64,000 nucleotides of DNA, taken from NCBI GenBank assembly GCA_977017575.1, contig CDRNVI010000053.1, positions 372,001-436,000 of the forward strand. Reading direction: 5' to 3'. This stretch comes from Paramoeba atlantica. Taxonomy: Eukaryota; Protista; Discosea. The notes beneath the pieces were generated by a model. It was given only the letters and a program-made list of their open reading frames with translations, was not told the DNA's origin and did no database searches. Both the position numbers and the translations under genes were made by a program. Positions within the stretch are counted from its first letter, which is position 1. Every line of letters starts with the position of its first letter. This document shows positions 52,213-61,808 of this stretch, piece after piece.

Positions 52213-53009
52213 TTTTTCCTTGGCTCATCCTTTCTTTCCCCGGCAACGGGCATAGTCTTACTGTTTTATATGCCCGTTGCCGGCCCGCACTAAGGTCGGA
52301 ACTGGCCCTCTTGTCGCTGAAGCAGGGTACGCGCCATCACCCCTTCACCACTTCCCGACTCACTCCCCTGGAGTGAGTGTGCTTCCCTCCCTCGGCTTCT
52401 CTTTCTCCCGCGCCTGCCTTTCCGTGGAGGCAATGCGTCACGGTGCCTCCCTTGAGGACTACTAGACGTGTCCTGCGCCGACGAGACTCTCGGCTCTCTG
52501 CACCTGTGGGTCGCCCAGCTCTCTGCACCTCGGCTCTGTCGCAGCTCTCCGCACCCGGATTGCCCCCGAAACTGTAATATGGGGATTACGCTCTCTGCAT
52601 ATATGGGGATCCGGCTCTCTGCACCTGCACAAGACAACCGAGCTCTCTGCACCTGGGACCCCAGCTCTCTACACCCGCACACCTCCGGCGAGGACGAAGC
52701 CTCACGTGATGCACCCGTCGTATGCGGGTAAGGATATTGTGAGAATAATCTCTGCACTACAAGTGCATGCCTAAACAAATTCGCCCCAGGCTGCACACTA
52801 CCGTTCCAGGCTGCACACTCGCCAAAGCGGAAGCCGGGAAACTCAAAAAATATGGGGAGATGGCAAGCGACAGAGGAACGGTCCTCTACCCGCTAGCCTT
52901 CACGGTCTTCGGAATCCCGGGGAACGCGACACTCTCCCTTTTGCGGAAGTATAGGAAGAATAGAAAAAGAAATGTCGATACCCTCACAGTAAGTTCGCTT
53001 TCTATATGA
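52213..53009 (+). mobile_element. Internally deleted CRE/SLACS-type non-LTR retroelement
   Basis: GC-rich 5' region with a hairpin and repeats. 52767-53009 encodes KAEAGKLKKYGEMA...YPLAFTVFGIPG, homologous to the RLE C-terminus at about 55760-55880. The 5' extent is inferred. Confidence 0.6.
52493..52760 (+). repeat. About 8 irregularly spaced copies of GCTCTCTGCACC
   Basis: Copies near 52493, 52518, 52544, 52590, 52614, 52642, 52663 and 52749, some with 1-2 mismatches. Confidence 0.85.
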
Positions 53010-53495
53010 TGTCAATTTAAACAAGCATATATTCGACATGAAATGAAAACAGTTATTAACACTGATTAGAGAAAAAAATGTATAAACGATTGTATAGGTA
53101 TGGGGCTCCATTATTCCATTGTTAAAAATAAGGAAGGCCGAATTAAAGTTTCCTCCTTTTGTAAAATTCTGTAGTGCAACTTGAGAAATTAAAATTGCTT
53201 TTTAAACTTTTGCAGACCCTGTGGTGCAATACTTGTCGGTCATATCACATTGCCTAGTGCGCTACTGAATCGTATCAGGACATTCATGTGACCAAGATTT
53301 TATGGACATTCATCGAGTTGATAATTTTTTTGGATTCCCTTTGACTAAGATTTTATAAATGCTATGTTGAACAGTATTGTTCGAAAGTTTGTTATTCAGG
53401 CTGCCCCCCCCCCTCACGTATCTCGCTAAATGATATAAACTCGCAGGATACGATTCCTTTTTATTCACATTTTTTTGAGTCTGTCAAAGGCTCGC

Positions 53496-53689
53496 AATCC
53501 AGGCTAAAGTGGACGAGGGAGATACTAAAGGCACCTTTACAAAACCACCTCGAAACTGGAACGGTATCACCCGTTAAAGATCCTTTTGTCAGTTCAGAAT
53601 GCTCTACAAACCGGAAGATACCGTTTCAATTTCGAGACGGTTTTGCAAAGGTCCCTTTAGTATCTCCCTCGTACACTTTAGCCTGGATT
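53496..53689. mobile_element. Foldback/MITE with 73-bp inverted arms and a 48-bp spacer
   Basis: Arms 53496-53568 and 53617-53689 are about 90% complementary. They contain the mariner-like end motif TACGAGGG internally. Confidence 0.8.
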
Positions 53690-53786
53690 AAATAGCCATC
53701 GGAACATGCTCCCTAGGGCTCTTTACAACTTCCCACGCGAGGAAGTCGTCGTCGCCGAGTCAAAAAGGCAGAGGGCGGAGCTTTCT

Positions 53787-54460
53787 GAGAGCTCTCGCAG
53801 ATTTGTATGTCTTTGGCGTATTAGGAACGCTCGGCTTGAAAGATTTAATCCGATGAGAAAAAACATGTTTTTTTCCTTGTGAAAATATGGCAATTTTTCA
53901 TTTTTGCCCCATTTTACGCCCGAAAAGCGAGTTCGCTCAAGGAATTCTCATGGTGTTTCGAACGCCCGTTCTTATGCTTTGCCAGGGAAGATTAAAGTAC
54001 ACTAAAGATTACTTCTTGTGGCCGACTTCGAGAAAAAACAGTCTTATTCCCGGACTTATCAAAGTGTTTGGGTCCACTAGGGAACTGTGAAACTCTGGGT
54101 GGAACGATTCATGTTTTTTACGATAAACTTCAGACAAAAGATAAAGATAAGTTTGATAATAAGTTACAAAACTTCAGAAAACGTTGTAGAATCATCGTAG
54201 AAAAGAAGGGTGCATATTGTGGATGCAACATGGGTTTCAAAATAATTTTTCCTAAAAATATCTGAGATTTTTTATTATTTCTTTAAGTGACAATTTGCTT
54301 TTTTGGCCTATTCGGTATTTGGAGTTCTAATTTGATATGTCAAAAGCTACCAGTGCAAAGACATACAACTCTGCGAGAGCTCTCGAATGCGGTATTATTT
54401 TCCGAAATTGAAAAGTTTTTGCAAATTTTAGACCCCCCCAGATGGAAGTTTTCACCCCTG
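53787..54460 (+). mobile_element. Tc1 deletion derivative (left TIR truncated), related to the 36775-38334 family
   Basis: Right end ...GATGGAAGTTTTCACCCCTG|TA. Shares GAGAGCTCTCG and TTAGACCCCCCC TIR blocks. Retains the transposase C-terminal relic RCRIIVEKKG near 54180-54210. Confidence 0.85.
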
Positions 54461-54482
54461 TATATATGTTTATATTTATATG

Positions 54483-56014
54483 GCATAACCTCTTTTATAT
54501 ATGGCACTCCGAACACGCTTATTCCGACATCTCCGACCCACCCACCGTTTAAAGCCGTTCGAGGTGTCAGACAAGGAGATCCCCTCGGCCCAATGCTGTT
54601 TTCTATAGCTATTCAGGGGATTCTTGATGGTGTGAAAGCAGATTACAGTGACCTTAAGATATGGGCCTATCTGGACGATGTTACAATCGTGGGTAACCCG
54701 GAAAGAGTAATACAGGCGTACGAAAAATTTATGGCTGGGGCCTCGCAAATAGGTCTGGAAAACAACGAATCGAAGTGCAAGCTCTCGACTCACTGCGCGG
54801 AGCAATACCTTCTATTCAAAGGCAAGAAAATCCGGCAGGAAGACAAAGGTCAAAAGTTGCTTGGTGCATTTGTTTCAAATGAGAGAAAGGTAAAATCGGG
54901 TTGAGTACTTCAGCAGCTTCCGAAGCTACGCTCGTTCTTGGAACGCCTACAGCAACTTTCACTACAAAGCGCTTATACATTGTTGAAGCTATGTGGAATT
55001 CCAAAGTGGATCTATCTCCTGCGATGTCATGAGCCGGATGTTACGGCGGCTGCAAATAAGCTTGCCGATGAGGCTGTCGAGAGATGTGTTACTGAACTGC
55101 TGGGAGGCTTTGGAAACCTAGAGGGGAACCCGTTTCACAATTACCATATGACGGCGAACCTCCTGGGAGCACAGCCTTATTCCACGCAGGCTGAAACTCT
55201 CTACTCGAGGGCTAAAACCTTTTCGTATGGAAGATCCTATTTGGAGAAGCACCTCAGCAGGGGTCCGGAAGTAGAAAAAGAGAGCACTCCTACTAACCAA
55301 GTACATGCACTACAACTCATGGATAAGAGGACTGGCTACTGGATGGAAGCATGGAGAAATCGAGGCGAGTACTACCTACGAAACTCGGAATGGCAAACAG
55401 CGGCGCGGATGCGCTATATGATTGCCCCCGTTTCGAGCCCTATAGTGCAATACGTATGCGGGGAAACGTTAGCAAATGCACAGTTCGTTGTTCATCCACT
55501 AGGCTGTCACAAAGTCAAAGGGGCCACCGCTGCCACTCGTCACAAGATGGTGAAGGAGGTCTTCACTCGAATATTAAAGAAATATGGGTTCTGCCCTGAC
55601 TTACATGAGCCCCGATACTCTGACGGAAAGGGTCCGGACGTTTGTTTCGCGATGGGCAGTAAGCTATGCGTTGTAGACGTCACAATCTGCAATCCGCTGG
55701 CTCCCTCCTACGTGGAAGCGGAACTAAAAACTCCCGGAAAAACACTTGAAAGCACGGAGGCAAAAACAGGGAAAGTGCACGGGGACATGGCGGCGAGCCG
55801 AAATGTAAGCTTTTTCCCTTTGGCCTTCACGGTGTTCGGAGTCGCGGGGAAAGAGACAATGCTGTTTCTTAAAAGACTTGCCCGCACAACGTCAGACCGG
55901 TACGGTTTCGTGAGGCACGTGGTGATGGCGATAGGAATCGCCATTCAAAAGGGCAATTCCGCCATTCTTACGTCGGCTGTCCAGCATTGGAGGGCAGCCG
56001 GCATTAGGACTTAA
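54483..56014 (+). pseudogene. CRE-clade non-LTR retrotransposon RT plus restriction-like endonuclease (5'-truncated)
   Basis: GVRQGDPLGPMLF, WAYLDDV, then after one in-frame TGA (54902-54904) YVCG...HPLGC, RHKMV, HEP, GPDV, VDVT, PLAFTVFG. Both ORF-track pieces are in the same frame. Confidence 0.9.
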
Positions 56015-56106
56015 ATTTGAAAAGTATTTATATTACTTTTTAGAAGGTTTTCAAAAAATCTTCAAAACATATTAAGAAATTAATATCATTTTTTGTCTAA
56101 TATATA

Positions 56107-56636
56107 CAGGGGTGTCAACTTCCATCTGGGGGGGGTCTAAAATTTGTAAAACTTGGCCAATTTTGGAAAATAATAGCGCATTGGAGAGCTCTCGAAGAAT
56201 TGTATTTCTTTGCACTGGTAGCTTTTATCATATCAAATTAGAACTGCAAGTGTTTCACAGTTCCCTCGTGGACACGAAAATTTAGGTAAGTCCGGGAATA
56301 AGTCTGTGTTTTCTCGAAGTCTGCCACAAGAAGCATTCTGTTACATTCCTTAATCTTCCATGATGAAGCATAGGAACGTGCGGTCAAAACACCAGGGAAA
56401 TCCTTGAGAAAACTCGTTTTTGTGACATAAAATGGGTAAAAAATGAAAATTTGCCATATTTTCACGTGAAAAAAACAATACCTTTTTCTCGTCGGATTAA
56501 TTCTTTCAAATCGAGCATTCCGAATATGCCAAAAACATACAACTCTGCGAGAGCTCTCCAATGCGCTATTAATTTCCGAAATTGAAAAGTTTTTGCAAAT
56601 TTTAGACCCCCCCCCAGATGGAAGTTTTCACCCCTG
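56107..56636 (-). mobile_element. Tc1-derived MITE (530 bp)
   Basis: TA|CAGGGGTGTCAACTTCCATCTGG ... CCAGATGGAAGTTTTCACCCCTG|TA with about 100-bp TIRs. The interior is an inverted, deleted copy of 53787-54460. Confidence 0.93.
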
Positions 56637-56820
56637 TATATATAATATATTTTAATCTATTTTTAAGTTTTTGTTTCAAAATTTCAAAAATTGCTATGGT
56701 CACCCTGTTGAGGAGGGGGGGCAGGGGGTACCCATCGGAATTGTTGAAAAACTATCTTGTCACTCAATTTGATTCGTACATCTTTGTAAATATTTTTTTC
56801 AAAAACTCACCTGAAACGAT

Positions 56821-56880
56821 ATCGGGCACGATATCGGGCATGAAATCGTGCCGCAAATCGGGCATGAAATCGGGCACGAC
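56821..56880. repeat. 12-bp minisatellite x5 (ATCGGGCAYGAW)
   Basis: atcgggcacgat / atcgggcatgaa / atcgtgccgcaa / atcgggcatgaa / atcgggcacgac. Confidence 0.85.
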
Positions 56881-57243
56881 GAATTAAACTATGGTAGCAA
56901 GGGAGTAGTATCTCCCTCAATAAACGTGATGATATAAAAAGGATAATGTACAATCTATTAATTTAACTTCATTACAAGATGTTTAACTTGTACTACATAC
57001 TACGTATGTACAAATATACGTTGTATGGTTGTACGTACCGTAACAACTACAAATATACGTACATTGTATATTAAAATTATTTATTTATCCTTGTCTACAT
57101 TTTTTTCTGCTCGCCTTCTTCAGTCCATGAACCCTGCCAGGCCCCCTTTGAAAGGGACGCTTTCATGCTCTAAGCTTTCATAATAAAATGATCGTTGGTA
57201 CGAACTCTCGGATGAATTCCTTCAATCCTCAGCCTTGTGTAAT

Positions 57244-58500
57244 ATGGCGAATCACGTCGTACTCTGTCTTGTAACAGGTTTACCCGGTGCTGGAAAGTCA
57301 ACTTTTTGTCAACTAGTTCTGTTGAACCACAGGCGTTATTCAGAAGAATTCTTATCTGCCAATGCTGCACCTTTTACTGAAGTTACTAAAAATGAGAAAA
57401 GAGCAGTTCAGTCGAATCAAACTGCAGAATCTCTGAAACGATTATGTATTCAATCCGTCACAATTGTTTCCTTTGACGAACTACATCCTATTCAGAACTA
57501 CAGTACATACGACTTGCACGGAAAATTGGTTGTTAATGCCCAAAAATTACGTGACTGTAAAAGGGATTTCCGAAATACAATATTTCAATTGACTTCAGAT
57601 CGTTCCAATGGAAAGGCTATCTCCGATCCCAGTACTTCCATATTACCCTATACTACACATGTGAAACAACATCTTCATATGCATCTTATTCTGGTTGAAG
57701 ATATTTTACAGTATCCATCTCAAAGGCAGGCTTATCATCTGCTAATGCATCAAAAGAGCATGAAGAGAGTTGAACCGCAGAGCGTCTTTTCTCCTATCCT
57801 GGAAGGAACACTAATGATCGCACAAATTAGCCCTAAGGCCGACACAGTGGAGCAAGAAATAGAAATATGTTGGCGTAGAAATTTGAATCGATGTTCGCAT
57901 ACTTCAGTTCCTTCTGATGTATTCAAACGATTATCTATGACCATTACAGGGCCGAGAAAGCATTGGGAAAAGACAGCATGGATTAGTATACAAATAGGTG
58001 ACGCCGACCTTCAAGTGCCGGGTATATCATTCATTCCATTTTTGATGGATCCTTGTGATTTTCATAGGACTATTCGATTTTTTGTGATTTCTTTTTTTCG
58101 AGACGCAATGGAAGGCTCGACTCCGGATAAACCCGTGCAGTGCTCTGTACATTCGCATCAAAATGCTCCAAATATTATTTGTTCATGTCCTTATTTGTGC
58201 GAGAGAGCTTCTGAAAACGAAAAAACGAAACGTTTTTGCAGTCCTAATGAGAACTACCTTCGAAAATTGATCCACGAATTTGTAGATTTGGGAACAATGC
58301 CGATTTGCAATTCCTTATTCAATACAGCATCCATGACAAAAATCGAGCGCTCGCATATCGCGCAAAACGCAAAGAAAATGATGAAAAAAGAACTTTGTGC
58401 ACGTAAAGGTCTTGAAAATGGTGCGGACGTAATCGAACGTTTATTCACGGACATAGTAAAGAATTCCATACCCGACCAAATCAGAATAATACATCAATAA
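57244..58500 (+). CDS. PSTK: O-phosphoseryl-tRNA(Sec) kinase-like P-loop kinase
   Basis: VVLCLVTGLPGAGKSTF, IVSFDEL, ILVEDILQYPSQR, CWRRNLNR...VP..V..RL match PSTK/KTI12-type motifs. ATG is 57244. Confidence 0.65.
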   Translation: MANHVVLCLVTGLPGAGKSTFCQLVLLNHRRYSEEFLSANAAPFTEVTKNEKRAVQSNQTAESLKRLCIQSVTIVSFDELHPIQNYSTYDLHGKLVVNAQKLRDCKRDFRNTIFQLTSDRSNGKAISDPSTSILPYTTHVKQHLHMHLILVEDILQYPSQRQAYHLLMHQKSMKRVEPQSVFSPILEGTLMIAQISPKADTVEQEIEICWRRNLNRCSHTSVPSDVFKRLSMTITGPRKHWEKTAWISIQIGDADLQVPGISFIPFLMDPCDFHRTIRFFVISFFRDAMEGSTPDKPVQCSVHSHQNAPNIICSCPYLCERASENEKTKRFCSPNENYLRKLIHEFVDLGTMPICNSLFNTASMTKIERSHIAQNAKKMMKKELCARKGLENGADVIERLFTDIVKNSIPDQIRIIHQ

Positions 58501-58929
58501 AGTAGAAAAGATGATCATGCGTGTCGATCATATCTCAGAAACGCAGCGCACTTACTATAGTCCCTTCGGAACTTTTGACTTTCACTCGTCATTTTGCTAG
58601 CTTTTTCAATTTGCGTTCCCTACTAGATAGGAAGCACCGAAGATTCATCAAGTAAAATTCCCTTACTAGTACTCAATAAGGCGCTACAGAATTAGCCTGA
58701 ATTTGCCCAAATTTGATTTACTTGGTTTCAGCCCTCTAAATGTCCTGTGTTTCACTTTTGTGTTGCATCTGCATTATAATACGCTTCCATTAAGACATTT
58801 AGAGAAATGATTAATAGTTCATGAACGCACTTTCGTTTGAAATACCTCCATACAAAAATATTTGGTGCACTGTATTTCAAAAATATAAACCGTCTCTCTG
58901 TAACACTTTTATCCACCTCTTGATATCCA

Positions 58930-61302
58930 GTGGTTGGTCCCAGTGCTTCAGACGAATACGTACGCGCGTACGTAAGATTTAAGGGGGATTCAAGGGCTGC
59001 AGGCACGTCGGTCAATACCTTAGATTTGGGAATTAGTGCTGATAATACAGGGGACCTTACGGAACCTGGTAAATTTATCCGATTACATACTAAAGAGAAT
59101 AATGTTACTACGTTTACCTTTACAGATATTTTTGATCCTGCTCAGTCACAAGCTGAAGTGTACTCTTCTGTAGCGGAGCGCATAATCAAAGGCGTTTTTT
59201 CTGGCTATGATGGCTCGATAATCACGTATGGTCAGACTGGCAGTGGTAAAACTCACACAATGTTTGGATCATTAGAGTTTAATGAATTTGATGGTTCTAC
59301 TTTTTCCGGTTCACCGAAACTGCATAACGAGGCAGGTGTGGTACCCCGCGTTACAGCCGATCTTTTTAGTCATTTGAAGACTGAATGTCTTGATGCAGAG
59401 GTAACAATAATGATGCTAGAAATATACAACGAAAAGTTACGCAACTTACTTCCTTTTTCTGACCAAGGATCACAGAAAGCTACGTGCAAAGGTGGTTGGA
59501 GTGAAGTGTCAGTTCTCGGAGAGTTGGAGCTATTTTCTTGTACAACTGAGGAAGATAGATCTTCTGTCCGGATTAAAGGGGCGCAAAGGCACTTAGTAGG
59601 GACTAGTACGGCCGCCCTTTCGCATATAAAAGGAGCAATGAGGCGCCGCACAGTCGCTGCAACTTGTCTCAATGCACATAGTACACGCGGACATTGCGTT
59701 CTTCAATATGAAGTCACATGGAAGAAGCCCACAAACCAAGAACTTTCAAGTGCTCGATTGTATTTAGTTGATCTTGCGGGATCGGAGAATATCTCCAAGG
59801 CGAAATCTGACCTCCATGAAACGAAAAACATTAACCGATCATTGTATTGTCTTACCAAAGTCATCGCTGCGCTTAGTCCAAATACAGATAAGAGAAAGTC
59901 ATGTCAATATGTGCCCTTCAGGGAATCCAAGTTGACACGTCTATTACGAGGGAGCATTGGGGGGAACGCTAAAACAGCGCTTATCTTATGTGTCGACGCA
60001 TCTTCGATACACAGCGAGAGCGCCCTATCAACCCTTCGGTTTGGTGCTCAAGCTCAGCTAATCGCTGCACAACGAACGCAGCACAACGCTAAATATTGGA
60101 GGAGTACCAAGCCTGGCGCTATTCATAATCGTTCTCGAAGCTTCAATACCGTATTTCCCACTGTTCTAAGTATAGTACCAGCACAAAGATTACCGCGTTC
60201 TTCCACGGATATCCTGGAAATTGGACAGACCGAAGCTACATCACGTCCTTGCTTCATCGCTCCGGTTACTCCCGATTCACAGCGCTCTCATTTATTTTCC
60301 ACTATTGTTCATTCTGTTCTTTATGATCAGTCTAAATTGAACGCAACGAATAAATCCAAAATTATCAAAAATCCAACGTGGGCTTCGCTGATTTTGAAGG
60401 ACAGCGAGTTAAGGTATGGGATTCTTCACCAAATTTTGCGAATGTGTGACAAATCTACTTCTGGCGCAAGACTTTCACCCACTTTACACAAAATATTACC
60501 AGAGGCATGCCGTCTGAAACTTTGGCAAGATCAATTACTTGCCCTTCATGAACGCTTACTCAATGAACGTTCAACTAGAATACGTCACAACATGGATGCA
60601 GAATTCAATTTACAAAAGTATTCCCTTGAAAACAACCACGTCAACGAAGATAGGAAACATGTTCATTTTTCCCAATTCATAGTTCATAGAACGCGAAAGA
60701 CGAGTTTCCACGCGCTATCAGCCCTATTAAGTACAGTTTCGAAATGGTTCCCGAATCACCGCTTAAAAAGCGTGCCACGCAAGGCAATTCTTAGGAGTAC
60801 TCTTTTCAATGTGTTGCAGTGTTTTCATGGTCTTGAACATCGCTTTTCCACTATACAACGGGGGAGACAAATAGTAGCGGCTACAAAAGAGGAAAACTAT
60901 CCGCTATCTGAATTATGCTTACCAAAAATCCACATTCATAACCCACAGGAACGTTCCTCACTATCGCTTAAGGCACATGGGTCATTTAGTGCAGGAAAAC
61001 AAATCACCTCTCGAGATTCCACGGACGTTGACACATTAAAAAGTGATATGGCGAAATTGTTTACCTCATGGCGAAGTGAATTTGATGCCATTCGCGGCAG
61101 AAACAAAGTGAGCGACCTCAATGACCTTCGCAATGACAATAATTCGGAGGCGCCTATACCTTCTTTGTCTGACATAGTATCATTACGTCAAGTTTATACA
61201 ACGTCTCGATTTCTCATCCAAGAGGAAGCTATTATCCGTAATATTGTGAGTGATCAAGAGATTCTGCTTTTGCATCTCAGATCGTTGTTGGAAGAAATGT
61301 AA
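58930..61302 (+). CDS. Kinesin (N-terminal motor domain)
   Basis: FTFTDIFD, GYDGSIITYGQTGSGKTHTM, LEIYNEKL, LVDLAGSE, INRSL, VPFRESKLTRLL, STLRFG. No in-frame ATG precedes the motor. Confidence 0.88.
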   Translation: MVGPSASDEYVRAYVRFKGDSRAAGTSVNTLDLGISADNTGDLTEPGKFIRLHTKENNVTTFTFTDIFDPAQSQAEVYSSVAERIIKGVFSGYDGSIITYGQTGSGKTHTMFGSLEFNEFDGSTFSGSPKLHNEAGVVPRVTADLFSHLKTECLDAEVTIMMLEIYNEKLRNLLPFSDQGSQKATCKGGWSEVSVLGELELFSCTTEEDRSSVRIKGAQRHLVGTSTAALSHIKGAMRRRTVAATCLNAHSTRGHCVLQYEVTWKKPTNQELSSARLYLVDLAGSENISKAKSDLHETKNINRSLYCLTKVIAALSPNTDKRKSCQYVPFRESKLTRLLRGSIGGNAKTALILCVDASSIHSESALSTLRFGAQAQLIAAQRTQHNAKYWRSTKPGAIHNRSRSFNTVFPTVLSIVPAQRLPRSSTDILEIGQTEATSRPCFIAPVTPDSQRSHLFSTIVHSVLYDQSKLNATNKSKIIKNPTWASLILKDSELRYGILHQILRMCDKSTSGARLSPTLHKILPEACRLKLWQDQLLALHERLLNERSTRIRHNMDAEFNLQKYSLENNHVNEDRKHVHFSQFIVHRTRKTSFHALSALLSTVSKWFPNHRLKSVPRKAILRSTLFNVLQCFHGLEHRFSTIQRGRQIVAATKEENYPLSELCLPKIHIHNPQERSSLSLKAHGSFSAGKQITSRDSTDVDTLKSDMAKLFTSWRSEFDAIRGRNKVSDLNDLRNDNNSEAPIPSLSDIVSLRQVYTTSRFLIQEEAIIRNIVSDQEILLLHLRSLLEEM

Positions 61303-61808
61303 TCACGTTCTTTTGATCCGAAATAGAAAATAAGGATGTTTTACATAAGATTAATCTACGCATTCGAGTCACTATACATATCATTAAACATGCCTAGTCG
61401 CCACATTCGGTGGGAATAGTTTGCACCTTGCTGGAATATGCCGCATGCTTGTGTATGCGCTTTCTTGGTCTTGCCTTCTTCCTTTAAACATTCTACCTTT
61501 CTTTGCATACCTAGTACTTATTTTTTTATCTTCTGAAATTTATACAATCTACATACGAGTTTACATTGTAGAATACGTTTCTAGGCTACGGTAGGATTCT
61601 ACTACGTGATGTAATACGTGCCACTACTATTTATTTCCATTGCTATGCTACGTTACTACTCAGAAACAAAGGTTTTCTTACTTCCTCATTGCAGAAGCGC
61701 AATTTCACATTGGGCTTTTTGGGAGTCTCCGATCTCGAATTACCTTCAAGGATAGGTCTTCTACAAGCCTTATTGAATTTCATTCTAATAATACGATAAT
61801 ATTTCGAC

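Noticed and set aside
52240-52293. Helitron 3' terminator (hairpin then CTAA)
   Set aside because: The loop is too long, and no 5' TC end or Rep/helicase relic was seen.
52493-52760. CRISPR-like array of GCTCTCTGCACC repeats
   Set aside because: The repeat is only 12 bp, spacers are irregular (about 9-34 nt and longer), there are no cas genes and the context is a eukaryotic retroelement.
53071-53102. Downstream SL target-site duplication after an A7 run (TATAAACGATTGTATAGGTATG)
   Set aside because: It shares only short AT-rich words with the SL-like 32-mer and needs large gaps, so it is too degenerate to count.
54902-54904. Selenocysteine or readthrough TGA
   Set aside because: It lies in a 5'-truncated retroelement with other decayed motifs. 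A TGG-to-TGA nonsense change is simpler.
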